The notes under the pieces were generated by a model that did not search any database, was not told the DNA's origin, and was given only the letters and a program-made list of their open reading frames with translations. This document shows, piece by piece, positions 9,540 through 19,570 of a stretch of DNA of 64,000 nucleotides. Position 1 is the first letter of the stretch. Every line of letters starts with the position of its first letter. A program made the translations under genes and the position numbers. The stretch lies in the sequence record OM728297.1, one strand, 5' to 3'.

Positions 9540-10580
9540 TTAAGGAAGTGTTATTCCTTTTGTTAATTCAATTTTAGATTTTTCTACCCCATAATCTTTT
9601 ACTATCTTATTGTAAAAGATATTAAGACCATTAAATCTTGCAAGCCTATTATTCTTAATAATATACTTATAAAAATCTAAGGTAACATCTTTATCTGAAT
9701 ATATTTCAATATCTACATTCAAGAGTGATAATGATGCTAGGTGATCTAAAACAAGTAAAAAGGATGTTCCATTACCAGAAACGTATAAAGGTTTGTCGTC
9801 TTTGTTATAGATATGATTGTTTACCCCAATCAAATCTATGATTCCCTCAGTCATGATAATTTTATGTTCTGATTCAGACAAGTCTAATTTTTTCTTTAAA
9901 GCATATAGCTTTTTTGATTCTACCATATCAGGAAACAACGAAAAATTATGATAACGAAATCCAGTAATTTTTGGATCAAGACTTCTACAGATGATAGTAT
10001 TCTTATCTGCCGTTAGAAAACCTATAGAATGTTCTTGTACCTTTTTAAATAAATTCTTTTGTTTATCATTTTTAATTCTCTTTGTAATATCGATATTATT
10101 ATTCTTGAAGAAATCAATTGGATTTAAGACAATTTTATACTTCTCTAGATCACTCTCAACAAAATCAATTTTTAATCTATCGGATAGGTATCTTATTTTC
10201 TTATTCTCCAATTCTGTATACTGATTAGGATAGAAATTTATTATCCTATCATTATTAAAATAATTAATTTCACTACCATATTTATATGATAATTTCTTTT
10301 TATAAGATATATTAGCTTCATTAATGTGACTTATTAAATTATAGTCAGCAATTTTAAGTCTGCTTAGGAAATTTGATGTTATAATTCCACTAGAATGACA
10401 CTTCTGACAGTAATATTTATATGGCGCTCTATTCATTATGTAAAAGTGAGCACTATTTGGATCTTTAGTACTGTCTCCACAGAAAATACACCTAATAAAA
10501 ATCTCATCTTTTTTTCCTGATAATCCACAAACACGTAGTTTAGATTTTAGATGTGAATACAAGAGGTTATTGTTCATCAA
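9540..10580 (-). CDS. DNA primase (Zn ribbon + TOPRIM)
   Basis: CIFCGDS...HFYI...YYCQKC Zn ribbon; TEGIIDLIG and YSDKD TOPRIM acids. Confidence 0.85.
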   Translation of the reverse strand: MMNNNLLYSHLKSKLRVCGLSGKKDEIFIRCIFCGDSTKDPNSAHFYIMNRAPYKYYCQKCHSSGIITSNFLSRLKIADYNLISHINEANISYKKKLSYKYGSEINYFNNDRIINFYPNQYTELENKKIRYLSDRLKIDFVESDLEKYKIVLNPIDFFKNNNIDITKRIKNDKQKNLFKKVQEHSIGFLTADKNTIICRSLDPKITGFRYHNFSLFPDMVESKKLYALKKKLDLSESEHKIIMTEGIIDLIGVNNHIYNKDDKPLYVSGNGTSFLLVLDHLASLSLLNVDIEIYSDKDVTLDFYKYIIKNNRLARFNGLNIFYNKIVKDYGVEKSKIELTKGITLP

Positions 10581-10653
10581 ATCCTTCTCCCATAGTTTAG
10601 TACTAAAAAACTGTTAAATTATCTCTTTAAAAGATCTTCAAAATAAAAAATTT

Positions 10654-10688
10654 AAAAGGACAATACCTTTAGTTGGTATTGTCCTTTT
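10654..10688 (-). terminator. Terminator after gp226-like gene
   Basis: 14-bp stem AAAAGGACAATACC/GGTATTGTCCTTTT. Confidence 0.7.
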
Positions 10689-10690
10689 TA

Positions 10691-12085
10691 TTAGATACAC
10701 AATAACATATCAAGAACTTCTTCTGCTAAATGATCCGTAGAGAAATCTACTTCTTTATTTTCTTTATTCATAAACTTAGCATTTTTAATTGTCATTAACT
10801 GAAGGATAACATTATTTTTGTCCAAGATATTTTTAATAGGAAGATAACTCTTAAGAAGATAAGAATATTTATCAGAATGAATAATTTTATCAACAAGCTT
10901 TTTACGATTATTCATTTTTCTAACATTTGGTGCAATAGCACAACTTAAAATCTCTGGAATAATACTAAAATTCATTTCCCCAAGTTCTCTCGTCATTCCA
11001 TATAATAAATAAAAGATATCATTTTTATTAGAATTTACTTTAAACTTATTAGAATAATAAATCTTAACTAAATAAATCTGAATGGAGTTTAATTCTCTTC
11101 CATTAATAAATTCTTTCATTACTTCATCAGTTACATTATATTTCTTTTTAATTTTTGCAATTTCCTGTTTAATACTACATTCGTTAATTATGGAATTACC
11201 TTGGTCATTTCTAAGCAAGTTAATTTCCATACGTTCTTGTTCTGATAGCTCCTCATCATCAGTTGTTTCTGCTTTAAGAGGTTTATAACTAATTGGATAT
11301 TTAAATGTAAATAAGTATTTTAGTTTTTGTTTAATAACTACATCAAGATATGATATAACAGAACTATTATGTTTTAATTTAGGGAAGATTTTCTTAATAA
11401 TTACTTTAAAATAATCTTTTACAATGATCATTAAGTCAGTAGACATATTCTTTAAGTAAGTCCAAATAACTACATCTGAATATTTAGTTTCAAATACTCG
11501 ACTGTAGATAATCTTATATAATTTATTGAGTGCATTCTTTTTACCATCATCAAAACTTTTAATGACTTCTTTAAAAATATCATAAACCAAAACTTCGTTA
11601 ATATCATCATCACAATTAAAGTCACAGAGTATTGGTATTAAAATTCTCATCAATACTGAACTCTTAAGATAAATCTTATTAAGGTTATCTGTTACCTGAA
11701 GTTCAATATTAATTTTCTTTCCTTTACTTGCTTGGTTGAGATCAAGATCATATTCTTCTTCTACAATATCTGAGATGACATTTAATAATTTCTCATTCTT
11801 AATAAATAATCTTTCAATGTCACTATAGAATTCCATATGAGTATAATTTTCTTTTGTAGCCATATTATACCGAATTTCTAATAATGAATATGCTAAGTCA
11901 TTATATTTATTAAGTACTAAATTTAGATCATCACTAATCTGGTCTAAACAGTTATAGTATGATCTCTTATTAATTGAGAAATTATTCATGTGAGAGATGT
12001 CATCCCTCCCAAATAATTTATCAAACGCAATATTAATGTCTCTTGCTTGTTCATCAAAGCTTACATAATTCTCCAAAATGTCCAT
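10691..12085 (-). CDS. g226: Non-virion RNAP promoter-specificity subunit (AR9 gp226-like)
   Basis: 464 aa, sequence recalled as AR9 gp226 (MDILENYVSFDEQARD...EVLDMLLCI); early promoter upstream; two genes from the chaperonin as in AR9. Confidence 0.85.
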   Translation of the reverse strand: MDILENYVSFDEQARDINIAFDKLFGRDDISHMNNFSINKRSYYNCLDQISDDLNLVLNKYNDLAYSLLEIRYNMATKENYTHMEFYSDIERLFIKNEKLLNVISDIVEEEYDLDLNQASKGKKINIELQVTDNLNKIYLKSSVLMRILIPILCDFNCDDDINEVLVYDIFKEVIKSFDDGKKNALNKLYKIIYSRVFETKYSDVVIWTYLKNMSTDLMIIVKDYFKVIIKKIFPKLKHNSSVISYLDVVIKQKLKYLFTFKYPISYKPLKAETTDDEELSEQERMEINLLRNDQGNSIINECSIKQEIAKIKKKYNVTDEVMKEFINGRELNSIQIYLVKIYYSNKFKVNSNKNDIFYLLYGMTRELGEMNFSIIPEILSCAIAPNVRKMNNRKKLVDKIIHSDKYSYLLKSYLPIKNILDKNNVILQLMTIKNAKFMNKENKEVDFSTDHLAEEVLDMLLCI

Positions 12086-12122
12086 ACCTCCTATATTATT
12101 TCATGATGTGAGAATCTTTTTT

Positions 12123-12135
12123 ATAATATATATTT
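12123..12135 (-). promoter_or_regulatory. Early (vRNAP) promoter motif AAATATATATTAT
   Basis: Exact 13-mer, 38 nt upstream of the gp226-like start; 9 copies in the window, all intergenic. Confidence 0.75.
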
Positions 12136-12146
12136 AAAGTGTTATA

Positions 12147-12971
12147 TTACTTTTTCTTCTTTCTAACACTCATATTTTTCTTCATGTCTCTTTTCATGTT
12201 AGGACGTTTATTTCTTTCTTGAGGATTTTTCTTAAGAGACTTTCTAGTTGTAGGACGACTATTAGATTTCTGAGAGTCTTCCTTCAAAGTTTTTCTCACT
12301 TCTCCATTATAACTATTTTTCTCTTTCTTCGCAACTCTTTTTTGAGATTTCTTCTTAGACATTTCATTGTTCTTAACTCTATTATATTGCTTTAACTTTT
12401 CGTCAGTTGAATCAACTGCTTTAAGTAAAAGATTCTTAGAGAATTTTTTAATACTATTAGCGTTAATAACAGACTTAACATTAAATCTTCTATGCTTGAT
12501 ATATAATAATGCAAAATAAACACTTTTTTCAAATCCATAAGATTGAATTGGATTTCGTGTATTAGGAGGTTCATTCAAAGCTTTATCAGATATTTTTTTC
12601 TTAAGGAAATCAATTAGAATTCCATCTTGATTATACACATATGCATACGTAAATAGAAAGTTAGGTGCATTACTAAATAATCTTACACTATAGTTATTGA
12701 ATGTAAAATCTGAGTTAGCTTGATCGTTTATTGGAGAAAATTGTAATACAACATCATAAAATAATTTTTCATAAGTTTCTGATGGTATTTTAAAATAAAA
12801 ATAATAAATATCTTTATCTTTCATTATTTCTAATTTAAAGTCTTTATGTTGCTTCATCATTTCATAAAATCTATCTTTTAGGTTTTGAATAGTAATATCC
12901 CTTCTTGCAAAGTAAGCTGAATATTTACCAGAAGGATTTTGTAATAATTGATTCATTGTTACAATTGCCAC
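12147..12971 (-). CDS. Hypothetical protein with very basic C-terminal tail
   Basis: GTG start after AAAGGAGG; globular N-domain (YDVVLQF...LFSNAPNFLFTYAYVY) plus about 70 K/R-rich residues; possible nucleic-acid binder. Confidence 0.7.
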   Translation of the reverse strand: MAIVTMNQLLQNPSGKYSAYFARRDITIQNLKDRFYEMMKQHKDFKLEIMKDKDIYYFYFKIPSETYEKLFYDVVLQFSPINDQANSDFTFNNYSVRLFSNAPNFLFTYAYVYNQDGILIDFLKKKISDKALNEPPNTRNPIQSYGFEKSVYFALLYIKHRRFNVKSVINANSIKKFSKNLLLKAVDSTDEKLKQYNRVKNNEMSKKKSQKRVAKKEKNSYNGEVRKTLKEDSQKSNSRPTTRKSLKKNPQERNKRPNMKRDMKKNMSVRKKKK

Positions 12972-13042
12972 TATATTTCCTCCTTTAGAAAATATATTGA
13001 TTAGACATTATAAATGTTTTATAATGTCTAATCATTTTAAGA

Positions 13043-14734
13043 TTATTGCTGATACTGAACGGAAACGAATTGATTACTAGTAACTAGAAGACCAATGATA
13101 CTAAAAGTAGCTTTCATTATTTCAATATCAGTTTGTGTTGAGTTAATAATTTTAGTATTACTAATATCTTCAAATTCATCAGTCTTAAGATTGTAAATTT
13201 TATCATTAACAATACACTCTGAAATAATATCATCAATTAGATTTTCATTATCTTCAAACTTATTCATTAAAACAGTCTCAAAAGAATTTCTGAATGCTTG
13301 TTTGATCTTAATACTAAATTCTTTGATAAAATTATATTTCTCATCATCATTGAAATATCTAAATAGGGATTTATCGGAAATAATTTTTTCAATAATATCA
13401 TCTAAATTCTTATCAATAATTCTAGGAATAATTAAATTTCCACCAGAGATATAACCATTACGTAAAGCCGAACGACACGCAAAAACTGCATCTTCCATAA
13501 GAAATTTACGAGTTTCTTTTTCTAACTCTGTACTTCCTCCGATAAAGAGGTTAGCAATAGAACAATTCAAATCTGCAATTCTTTTTTTAATTTTGTACTC
13601 ATCTTCTGTAGTGTCAATATATTTTTCACGTTTACTAATTTCTTCTAATCGTGTATTTAAATACTCAATTCGCTCTTTGATTGCTTCAGGATCCCCTTGA
13701 CCTTCAATAAGCTTTGATGTATTTTCATTAACTGTTACTTTATTACATTTTCCTAGTTTATCAATATCAAACTTTTGTAATTGTCCCATTTCAAATTTAT
13801 CATAGATAGTAGCACCCAAATAAATAGCAAGATCCTCAAATGATTCACGATGATGATCAGTAGCAAGAGCATAATCAATTGCTACCATTCTACCTTTTAA
13901 TTCATCTCTTCTATGATTAATTCTTAGCATATTAGCTATTTCTGAAGAGTAACCTTTAGATATGATAACTAATGGTTTATTTCTATCAAAAATAACTTCT
14001 CCCATTAAATCAGCAAGGATTTTTTGATCTTCTAAGTCTAAAGTTTGATTAGACATAAATACTAAAGCATCTTTAAATTCTCCAGTTACTTTATCTACCT
14101 GATTTGCAAAATCATTGGTAATATAACCTCTATTTAATTCAATTCCTTTTGTTACAGTATAACTATCTACTACATCATCAGATAATTCTAAGCTAATGAA
14201 TCCATCAGCACCAATCTCTTTGTATATATTATAAATAATTTGACCTGCTTTTTCATCATTATTATTGGATACGGTAGCAATCTCTTTAATAATATCAAAA
14301 TTTTCTTCTGTAATTTCAGTTGCTTCCTTTTTAATAAATTCTACTAATACTTCTTCAAATTTAGCCAGCGTATCAATAATATCTTTACGAGGTACTTTAA
14401 ATTCAGAGATCAATGAGTCTAATTCCTTAAATAGAGAGTTTGATACTACAATAGCAGAAGTTGAACCATCTCCAACTTCACGTACTAAGCTTCTACTAAT
14501 TTTCTTTACAATATCTAAAATTGTTGAAGCAATTTCATTATCGAATTTAATTTTATTTAAGATACTATAACCATCTTTTGTAATTGCATGGTTTACTGTT
14601 AATTTATCTTGAATAATAGAAGTTGAACCATACGGTCCAAGACTATTAGAGAGAATGGTTGTAAGTGTATTTAAGGTTTCTGTAATTACTTCTTTTGTTT
14701 TACTTTGATTTGCTACATTTGAATTTACTGACAT
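13043..14734 (-). CDS. g228: GroEL-like phage chaperonin (AR9 gp228-like)
   Basis: SLGPYG, TKDGYSIL, VGDGSTSA, EDAVFACRSALRNGYISGG; no GroES gene nearby. Confidence 0.93.
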   Translation of the reverse strand: MSVNSNVANQSKTKEVITETLNTLTTILSNSLGPYGSTSIIQDKLTVNHAITKDGYSILNKIKFDNEIASTILDIVKKISRSLVREVGDGSTSAIVVSNSLFKELDSLISEFKVPRKDIIDTLAKFEEVLVEFIKKEATEITEENFDIIKEIATVSNNNDEKAGQIIYNIYKEIGADGFISLELSDDVVDSYTVTKGIELNRGYITNDFANQVDKVTGEFKDALVFMSNQTLDLEDQKILADLMGEVIFDRNKPLVIISKGYSSEIANMLRINHRRDELKGRMVAIDYALATDHHRESFEDLAIYLGATIYDKFEMGQLQKFDIDKLGKCNKVTVNENTSKLIEGQGDPEAIKERIEYLNTRLEEISKREKYIDTTEDEYKIKKRIADLNCSIANLFIGGSTELEKETRKFLMEDAVFACRSALRNGYISGGNLIIPRIIDKNLDDIIEKIISDKSLFRYFNDDEKYNFIKEFSIKIKQAFRNSFETVLMNKFEDNENLIDDIISECIVNDKIYNLKTDEFEDISNTKIINSTQTDIEIMKATFSIIGLLVTSNQFVSVQYQQ

Positions 14735-14787
14735 AACATATTTCCTCCTGATTTTCTTTCTTTTTGGCTTGGAACATAGAAAAATTA

Positions 14788-15120
14788 TTATTTTATTAAG
14801 AATACTATTTCATTTTCTGATAAAACTTTTACTTCATCTACATATTTATGATTATTAATAACTTCTATGGCTTTTTCTTTATTTTTATCTGATAATAATT
14901 TAATATGACAATTTTTAAAGGTATTAATTGCGTTATCATCAGAGAGGTTCTCGCATAGAAAACCTCTTACAATTTTATAAAATTCTATATTGCTTAGTAT
15001 TTCAATAATTTTTAAAGCATTTTCTCTATATTCTAAACCTTTAAAAAAATTTTCTGATTTATACTCTTCATTATCTGTTTTAGTTAATTCACCATAGATG
15101 ATATAATTTTCATTGTTCAT
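14788..15120 (-). CDS. Hypothetical protein
   Basis: 110 aa ORF, RBS AGAGGG. Confidence 0.6.
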   Translation of the reverse strand: MNNENYIIYGELTKTDNEEYKSENFFKGLEYRENALKIIEILSNIEFYKIVRGFLCENLSDDNAINTFKNCHIKLLSDKNKEKAIEVINNHKYVDEVKVLSENEIVFLIK

Positions 15121-15172
15121 CTTTCCCTCTACCTTTCTTTCCCCTCATGAGAGTAAAAGAAGAACATACTTA

Positions 15173-15475
15173 CTATTTCTTATTAGTAATAGTTTTAGGT
15201 TTTTCTTTTGAATCTTGTTGAGCCTTCATTATTTTTTTAGCTTCTTTTTCAACTTGTTTTGCTTTTTCCTTCTCCAGACTGATTAGCATTGATAGATCCA
15301 TATTGATCATTTCGCTGATACTTATTTTACCATCAAATAAGTCCAAAAGGTATAACTGGTATTTAGCATCCAGTTCAGTCTTTCGTTTAAGACCACCTTT
15401 TAATCCTCCTGAAGAAGACGATGAAAAAGCATTTCTTCCATATCGATCTCGATATCTCCTAACTGTTCTCCGCAA
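15173..15475 (-). CDS. Tail/baseplate chaperone C-terminal segment, possibly reached by -1 frameshift
   Basis: LLDLFDGKISISEMINMD plus charged helix; no start with RBS; overlaps the upstream gene in the -1 frame; true start uncertain. Confidence 0.5.
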   Translation of the reverse strand: MRRTVRRYRDRYGRNAFSSSSSGGLKGGLKRKTELDAKYQLYLLDLFDGKISISEMINMDLSMLISLEKEKAKQVEKEAKKIMKAQQDSKEKPKTITNKK

Positions 15476-16614
15476 TTACTACATTTATGAGTTTTAATTT
15501 TATAATCAATAGCATATTTTTCTGAACGATCAGAAATTGCTTGTGCTAATGCTTTAACATCTTCCACTTCTAAATTCTTAATAATTTGGAAGATTGACTC
15601 TTTATCATCAATTTTTACATATTTTACTTTATTATTAGCTTTAAGTTGTTGAATGTCGATTACATAAAGATTCTTAATAAACATCATTGTTGTTAAGATT
15701 TGCTCATTTTCTTGTAGCATCTCTGGATTTACTGAGCCGATCAATTCTAAATGATCATACAATGAAGGTGTTTGAATATCCAACAAAATCTTATCATGTG
15801 GTAATACAACACGGTTAAATTTATTAACAAGTGATTTTTCTAGCAACTCATTTACATTACTAACATTCCCAATAATCTCATGTAATTTAGCAAAAGTTTC
15901 TTCATCTTTTACGTCAACTAGTGTTTCATTATTAACGATAACAGTATTTGTTCCTTGGCAATGACCACAACTAATTTCAAAAGTACTATCAGTTGGATAA
16001 GTTTGACAATAAATGCCATAGAGTAAAGTATTAAAATCATAGAATGAAGTAATTCTTAACCAATCTTTATAACTAATTTTTCCTAAAGATGTTGCATTAA
16101 TTTTACTATATACAATCTTATAAAGTTTTTGTCTAGAAGCAGAAGGAGACATAGTGGAATTTACAATAGAATTAATATCAGCCATTCTAATTGATTCCAT
16201 ATGTGCGATATATGCCGATTGGTTGGCAACAACTTGGAAAGTAGGTTTTCCATTTAGAATAAAATCAATATCAGATGTACTTTCTAATGGACTCTTTTCA
16301 GAAAATTCAATATTTGATACATCAATAGTAATACCACTAAGAATATCTCTTATATCTGAATTATCTGATGTTTTCTTTTTAGTACTTTTCTTTTTCGTTT
16401 GTGTTGATGTTTTCTTTTTAGAAACAGCTTTCTTTTTAGGTTTTTCTTCTACAATTTCTTCTTCAATATTTTCTTCCTCATCTTCAACAATACCTAGTTC
16501 TTCATGTAGATCTTCAATTTCCTCTTCACTTTTTAAACCAAAATCTTTAATCTCTTTTTCAGAAAGTTTTTTCATAACTTCTTGTCTTTTACTCATTATT
16601 TTGTCCTCCGTCAT
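15400..16614 (-). CDS. Baseplate hub assembly/tail chaperone-like protein with two CxxC pairs
   Basis: CGHC and CSNC; acidic/basic low-complexity N-terminus; adjacent to a gp25-like gene. Confidence 0.55.
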   Translation of the reverse strand: MTEDKIMSKRQEVMKKLSEKEIKDFGLKSEEEIEDLHEELGIVEDEEENIEEEIVEEKPKKKAVSKKKTSTQTKKKSTKKKTSDNSDIRDILSGITIDVSNIEFSEKSPLESTSDIDFILNGKPTFQVVANQSAYIAHMESIRMADINSIVNSTMSPSASRQKLYKIVYSKINATSLGKISYKDWLRITSFYDFNTLLYGIYCQTYPTDSTFEISCGHCQGTNTVIVNNETLVDVKDEETFAKLHEIIGNVSNVNELLEKSLVNKFNRVVLPHDKILLDIQTPSLYDHLELIGSVNPEMLQENEQILTTMMFIKNLYVIDIQQLKANNKVKYVKIDDKESIFQIIKNLEVEDVKALAQAISDRSEKYAIDYKIKTHKCSNCGEQLGDIEIDMEEMLFHRLLQED

Positions 16615-17036
16615 AAAATAATTTTAGATATAACTTTTTTATTACTTTGCCTACCAAATATAATAGTAATTTGATCAGGATCATTAGTAGTCTGAATATC
16701 TCTTGAAACAATAAAGGTAAAAACAAGTATTTTAGATCCTCTATCATTATCTACTGTATCCAAATCAAATTGTATTCCTATATTGGTTGGTATAAATTTA
16801 CTTATTTGATTATCAACTTTTTCTTTTAATTCTTGTTTTAATTGATCATCAATAAATTCAAATTGATAATTTTCGATACCTACACCTAATTCTGGTTGAT
16901 TAGGATATGTACCTTGTTCAATTATCATTAAATTTTGAATAGTCTGTGCTAATGCTTCTAAATCTTTCCTCTCAGCATTAGTGTTATATATACTCTTTTC
17001 CAAAAGGAGTTCACTCTTAAATATATCATCAGCCAC
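16611..17036 (-). CDS. Baseplate wedge gp25/GPW-like protein
   Basis: IQNLMIIEQGTYPNQPELGVGI matches the gp25 pattern (L.T..GE....P.FG). Confidence 0.75.
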   Translation of the reverse strand: MADDIFKSELLLEKSIYNTNAERKDLEALAQTIQNLMIIEQGTYPNQPELGVGIENYQFEFIDDQLKQELKEKVDNQISKFIPTNIGIQFDLDTVDNDRGSKILVFTFIVSRDIQTTNDPDQITIIFGRQSNKKVISKIIL

Positions 17037-17071
17037 TATAGTTCTAAGACCTCCTCCATTATTTCAGGTAA

Positions 17072-17083
17072 TATTGAAATGTT
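17072..17083 (-). promoter_or_regulatory. Late promoter AACA-N6-TA
   Basis: AACA TTTCAA TA upstream of the gp25-like operon. Confidence 0.65.
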
Positions 17084-17112
17084 AACAATTCTCCAAATTA
17101 TAAAAAATAATA

Positions 17113-17124
17113 AACAATATTTTA
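17113..17124 (+). promoter_or_regulatory. Late promoter AACA-N6-TA
   Basis: AACA ATATTT TA upstream of 17159. Confidence 0.55.
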
Positions 17125-17158
17125 TAAGACATAATAATGGGAAAGACGGTGAAAAATA

Positions 17159-17875
17159 ATGAAAATAGAAAAATGTCCATTTTGTTCTAATAAGTATAAA
17201 GACAAATCTTTTCTTTGTAATCATTTAGAAAATAAACATAAAGAACAGTTGAATGGTCTTTCCCCAGCACAGGTATATTTTAATTTTAAATATAATAAAA
17301 CTGGTGGAAAATGTATTATATGTAGAAAGTCTACTAAATGGAATGAAAGTACCAATAGATATGAGAGAATTTGTGATCGTAAAGAGACTAATTGTAGAGA
17401 GAAATATAGAGAAATGTTTAAAAAACGTATGATGGGTAAGTATGGTAAGACTACTTTACTTGATGAACCAGAAATGCAAAAGAAGATGCTTGATTCTAGA
17501 AAGATATCTGGTGAATATACTTGGACAAATAAAAAAGGTAAGACTAAATATACTGGTACTTATGAAAAAGATTTTTTAGAATTTTTAGATGTATTTTTAC
17601 ATTTTGAACCAAGTGATGTTATTAGTCCTGCCCCACAAGTTTTTTACTATGAATTTAATGGTAAAAAACACTTTTATATGCCAGATTTTTATATTACATC
17701 AATTAATACCATCATAGAGATAAAAGCTTTTGATAATAAACATTATAGAGCTAGAGATATAGAACAAGAAAAAGCAAAGGATAAAGCAGTATTAAAAAGT
17801 AATTTTAATTATATTAAAATTCATGATAAAGAATATGATGAATTTTTTGATTATCTTTTAAAATTTAAAGAATAA
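17159..17875 (+). CDS. C2H2 Zn finger + PD-(D/E)xK nuclease (free-standing homing endonuclease-like)
   Basis: CPFC-x12-H-x4-H; CIIC; YMPDFYI...IIEIK. Confidence 0.7.
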   Translation: MKIEKCPFCSNKYKDKSFLCNHLENKHKEQLNGLSPAQVYFNFKYNKTGGKCIICRKSTKWNESTNRYERICDRKETNCREKYREMFKKRMMGKYGKTTLLDEPEMQKKMLDSRKISGEYTWTNKKGKTKYTGTYEKDFLEFLDVFLHFEPSDVISPAPQVFYYEFNGKKHFYMPDFYITSINTIIEIKAFDNKHYRARDIEQEKAKDKAVLKSNFNYIKIHDKEYDEFFDYLLKFKE

Positions 17876-17906
17876 AGAAATAATAAATTAATAGGGTAAG
17901 TTAAAA

Positions 17907-17948
17907 AATAAAGATAACTTTTTCTTAATAGAATTAGTTATCTTTATT
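17907..17948 (+). terminator. Hairpin after the nuclease gene
   Basis: 13-bp arms AATAAAGATAACT/AGTTATCTTTATT. Confidence 0.5.
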
Positions 17949-17988
17949 AAATTTATTATTTTTAATAACCGTATTAAAATATTAAAAG

Positions 17989-18001
17989 AAATATATATTA
18001 T
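17989..18001 (+). promoter_or_regulatory. Early promoter motif
   Basis: AAATATATATTAT, 40 nt upstream of 18041. Confidence 0.75.
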
Positions 18002-18040
18002 ATAATTGAATAAATAGGAGAACTAGGAGGTTCAATTATT

Positions 18041-18823
18041 ATGAGAATTATACTGGGGAATTATAATAAAGATAGGGGTACTACTATTTCATCTACTGAA
18101 GGAAAGTATTTCTACCAAGATGTTTCGAATGATCAACAAGTATTTGAGGTTTATAAGAAATTTATAGATGTAGCTGAAATTGTTGGATTTGATGTATTAC
18201 AGGCACATACACATTTTAAAGATACTAGTGATATTTGGGAAATTATACAGATTGAATTAATTAGAGATGGTATTATTGAGGAATTTAATTATGATGAAGA
18301 GAATTATTGTACTTTTCCTGAGATACGAGACATTATTGATGTATCAAAAATGCTTATTATGGATAAGCTAGTAAAATTACCTATGTATCATTATTGGGAA
18401 GGACAAGTACATATTGGGAAAACCATAGAAGAAGATCCAAGTAGACTTAAATTAGCTATTAATGAAATTCTTATTAAACCAAAAACAAGAATACTTGAGA
18501 TGAGTGTATATATTTACATTTATATTGATGGACAAAGGAAAATTATCGACCTCCTAGAAGATTTTACATTAGATTTTAATTATATTAGAGATAAAAATAG
18601 AAAATTATTTAATTATATTAATAGAGTTATTGATTATGCAAGAAATAATGTTGATTTCCCAGTGAACTTTGTGAGATTTCAAATTTCTAATGATAACATT
18701 ATACGCAATATGAAAATTAGTGATCGAAATGCTGAAATGCTTGAATGTCTTTATATGAAAGTACAAAATGACAAATATGAAAATAAATATATACTACCTC
18801 TGTATAATATAAAAGGAGAATAA
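18041..18823 (+). CDS. Hypothetical early protein
   Basis: RBS GGAGG; shares R..NR.LFN.I.R motif with the next gene. Confidence 0.7.
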   Translation: MRIILGNYNKDRGTTISSTEGKYFYQDVSNDQQVFEVYKKFIDVAEIVGFDVLQAHTHFKDTSDIWEIIQIELIRDGIIEEFNYDEENYCTFPEIRDIIDVSKMLIMDKLVKLPMYHYWEGQVHIGKTIEEDPSRLKLAINEILIKPKTRILEMSVYIYIYIDGQRKIIDLLEDFTLDFNYIRDKNRKLFNYINRVIDYARNNVDFPVNFVRFQISNDNIIRNMKISDRNAEMLECLYMKVQNDKYENKYILPLYNIKGE

Positions 18824-18828
18824 TAACA

Positions 18829-19554
18829 ATGCATCATTCTTTATTCCAAATAAAATCTAAAGAAAATAATAAGATTTATAATGTACTAAAGATCATCAAG
18901 AATCAATACATAGTTATGGAAGTTAGCCTATCAAATATTAATGATATAAGTATGAATTATTTTAAAAAATTTATTGATTTAATAGATTATTTAGGTATTG
19001 AAAATATATCTAAATTGGATAACGATAATGGATTAGTGTTTATTCAAGAGATAATCAATAATAACTATTTTAAAGTCATTAATAAAGGAGACTATTCCTA
19101 TATTACTTTGCCTTTTATTAATGAATTGGAAGTTGTAATGTATAAGCTGTTATCTACAAATAAGAATATAAAAGATCCAAGTAGTTATACTATAAATAGA
19201 TTTCAAGTTAATAAAAATCCTAAACAAACAGCAATTCAAGGAGTATTATCATGTGAATTATATTCTTTTAATGAGAAAGTAAGTGAGATAGTCGTTCATA
19301 TTGAAATGAGAGATCTAAGAAAAGAAAATAGGGAGTTATTTAATGATATTAAACGGTTAATTTTATTTACAGAAAGAAAATTGAATTATAGATTAACAGA
19401 AATGAGCCTAGAAATTATGCTAGGTTCATTTCTAACTACCATTTCTAAAAATAATAATCGTCTTGAGTTTAGGGATATTATTGATACTATATTTCTTGAA
19501 GTAAAAGGTGCTACTTCTACACAGTTTAATAGTATATTGCCTATTTCAAAATAA
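18829..19554 (+). CDS. Hypothetical early protein, paralog of 18041
   Basis: RBS AAAGGAG; RKENRELFNDIKRLI. Confidence 0.7.
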   Translation: MHHSLFQIKSKENNKIYNVLKIIKNQYIVMEVSLSNINDISMNYFKKFIDLIDYLGIENISKLDNDNGLVFIQEIINNNYFKVINKGDYSYITLPFINELEVVMYKLLSTNKNIKDPSSYTINRFQVNKNPKQTAIQGVLSCELYSFNEKVSEIVVHIEMRDLRKENRELFNDIKRLILFTERKLNYRLTEMSLEIMLGSFLTTISKNNNRLEFRDIIDTIFLEVKGATSTQFNSILPISK

Positions 19555-19570
19555 TATTGGAGGAATAAAA

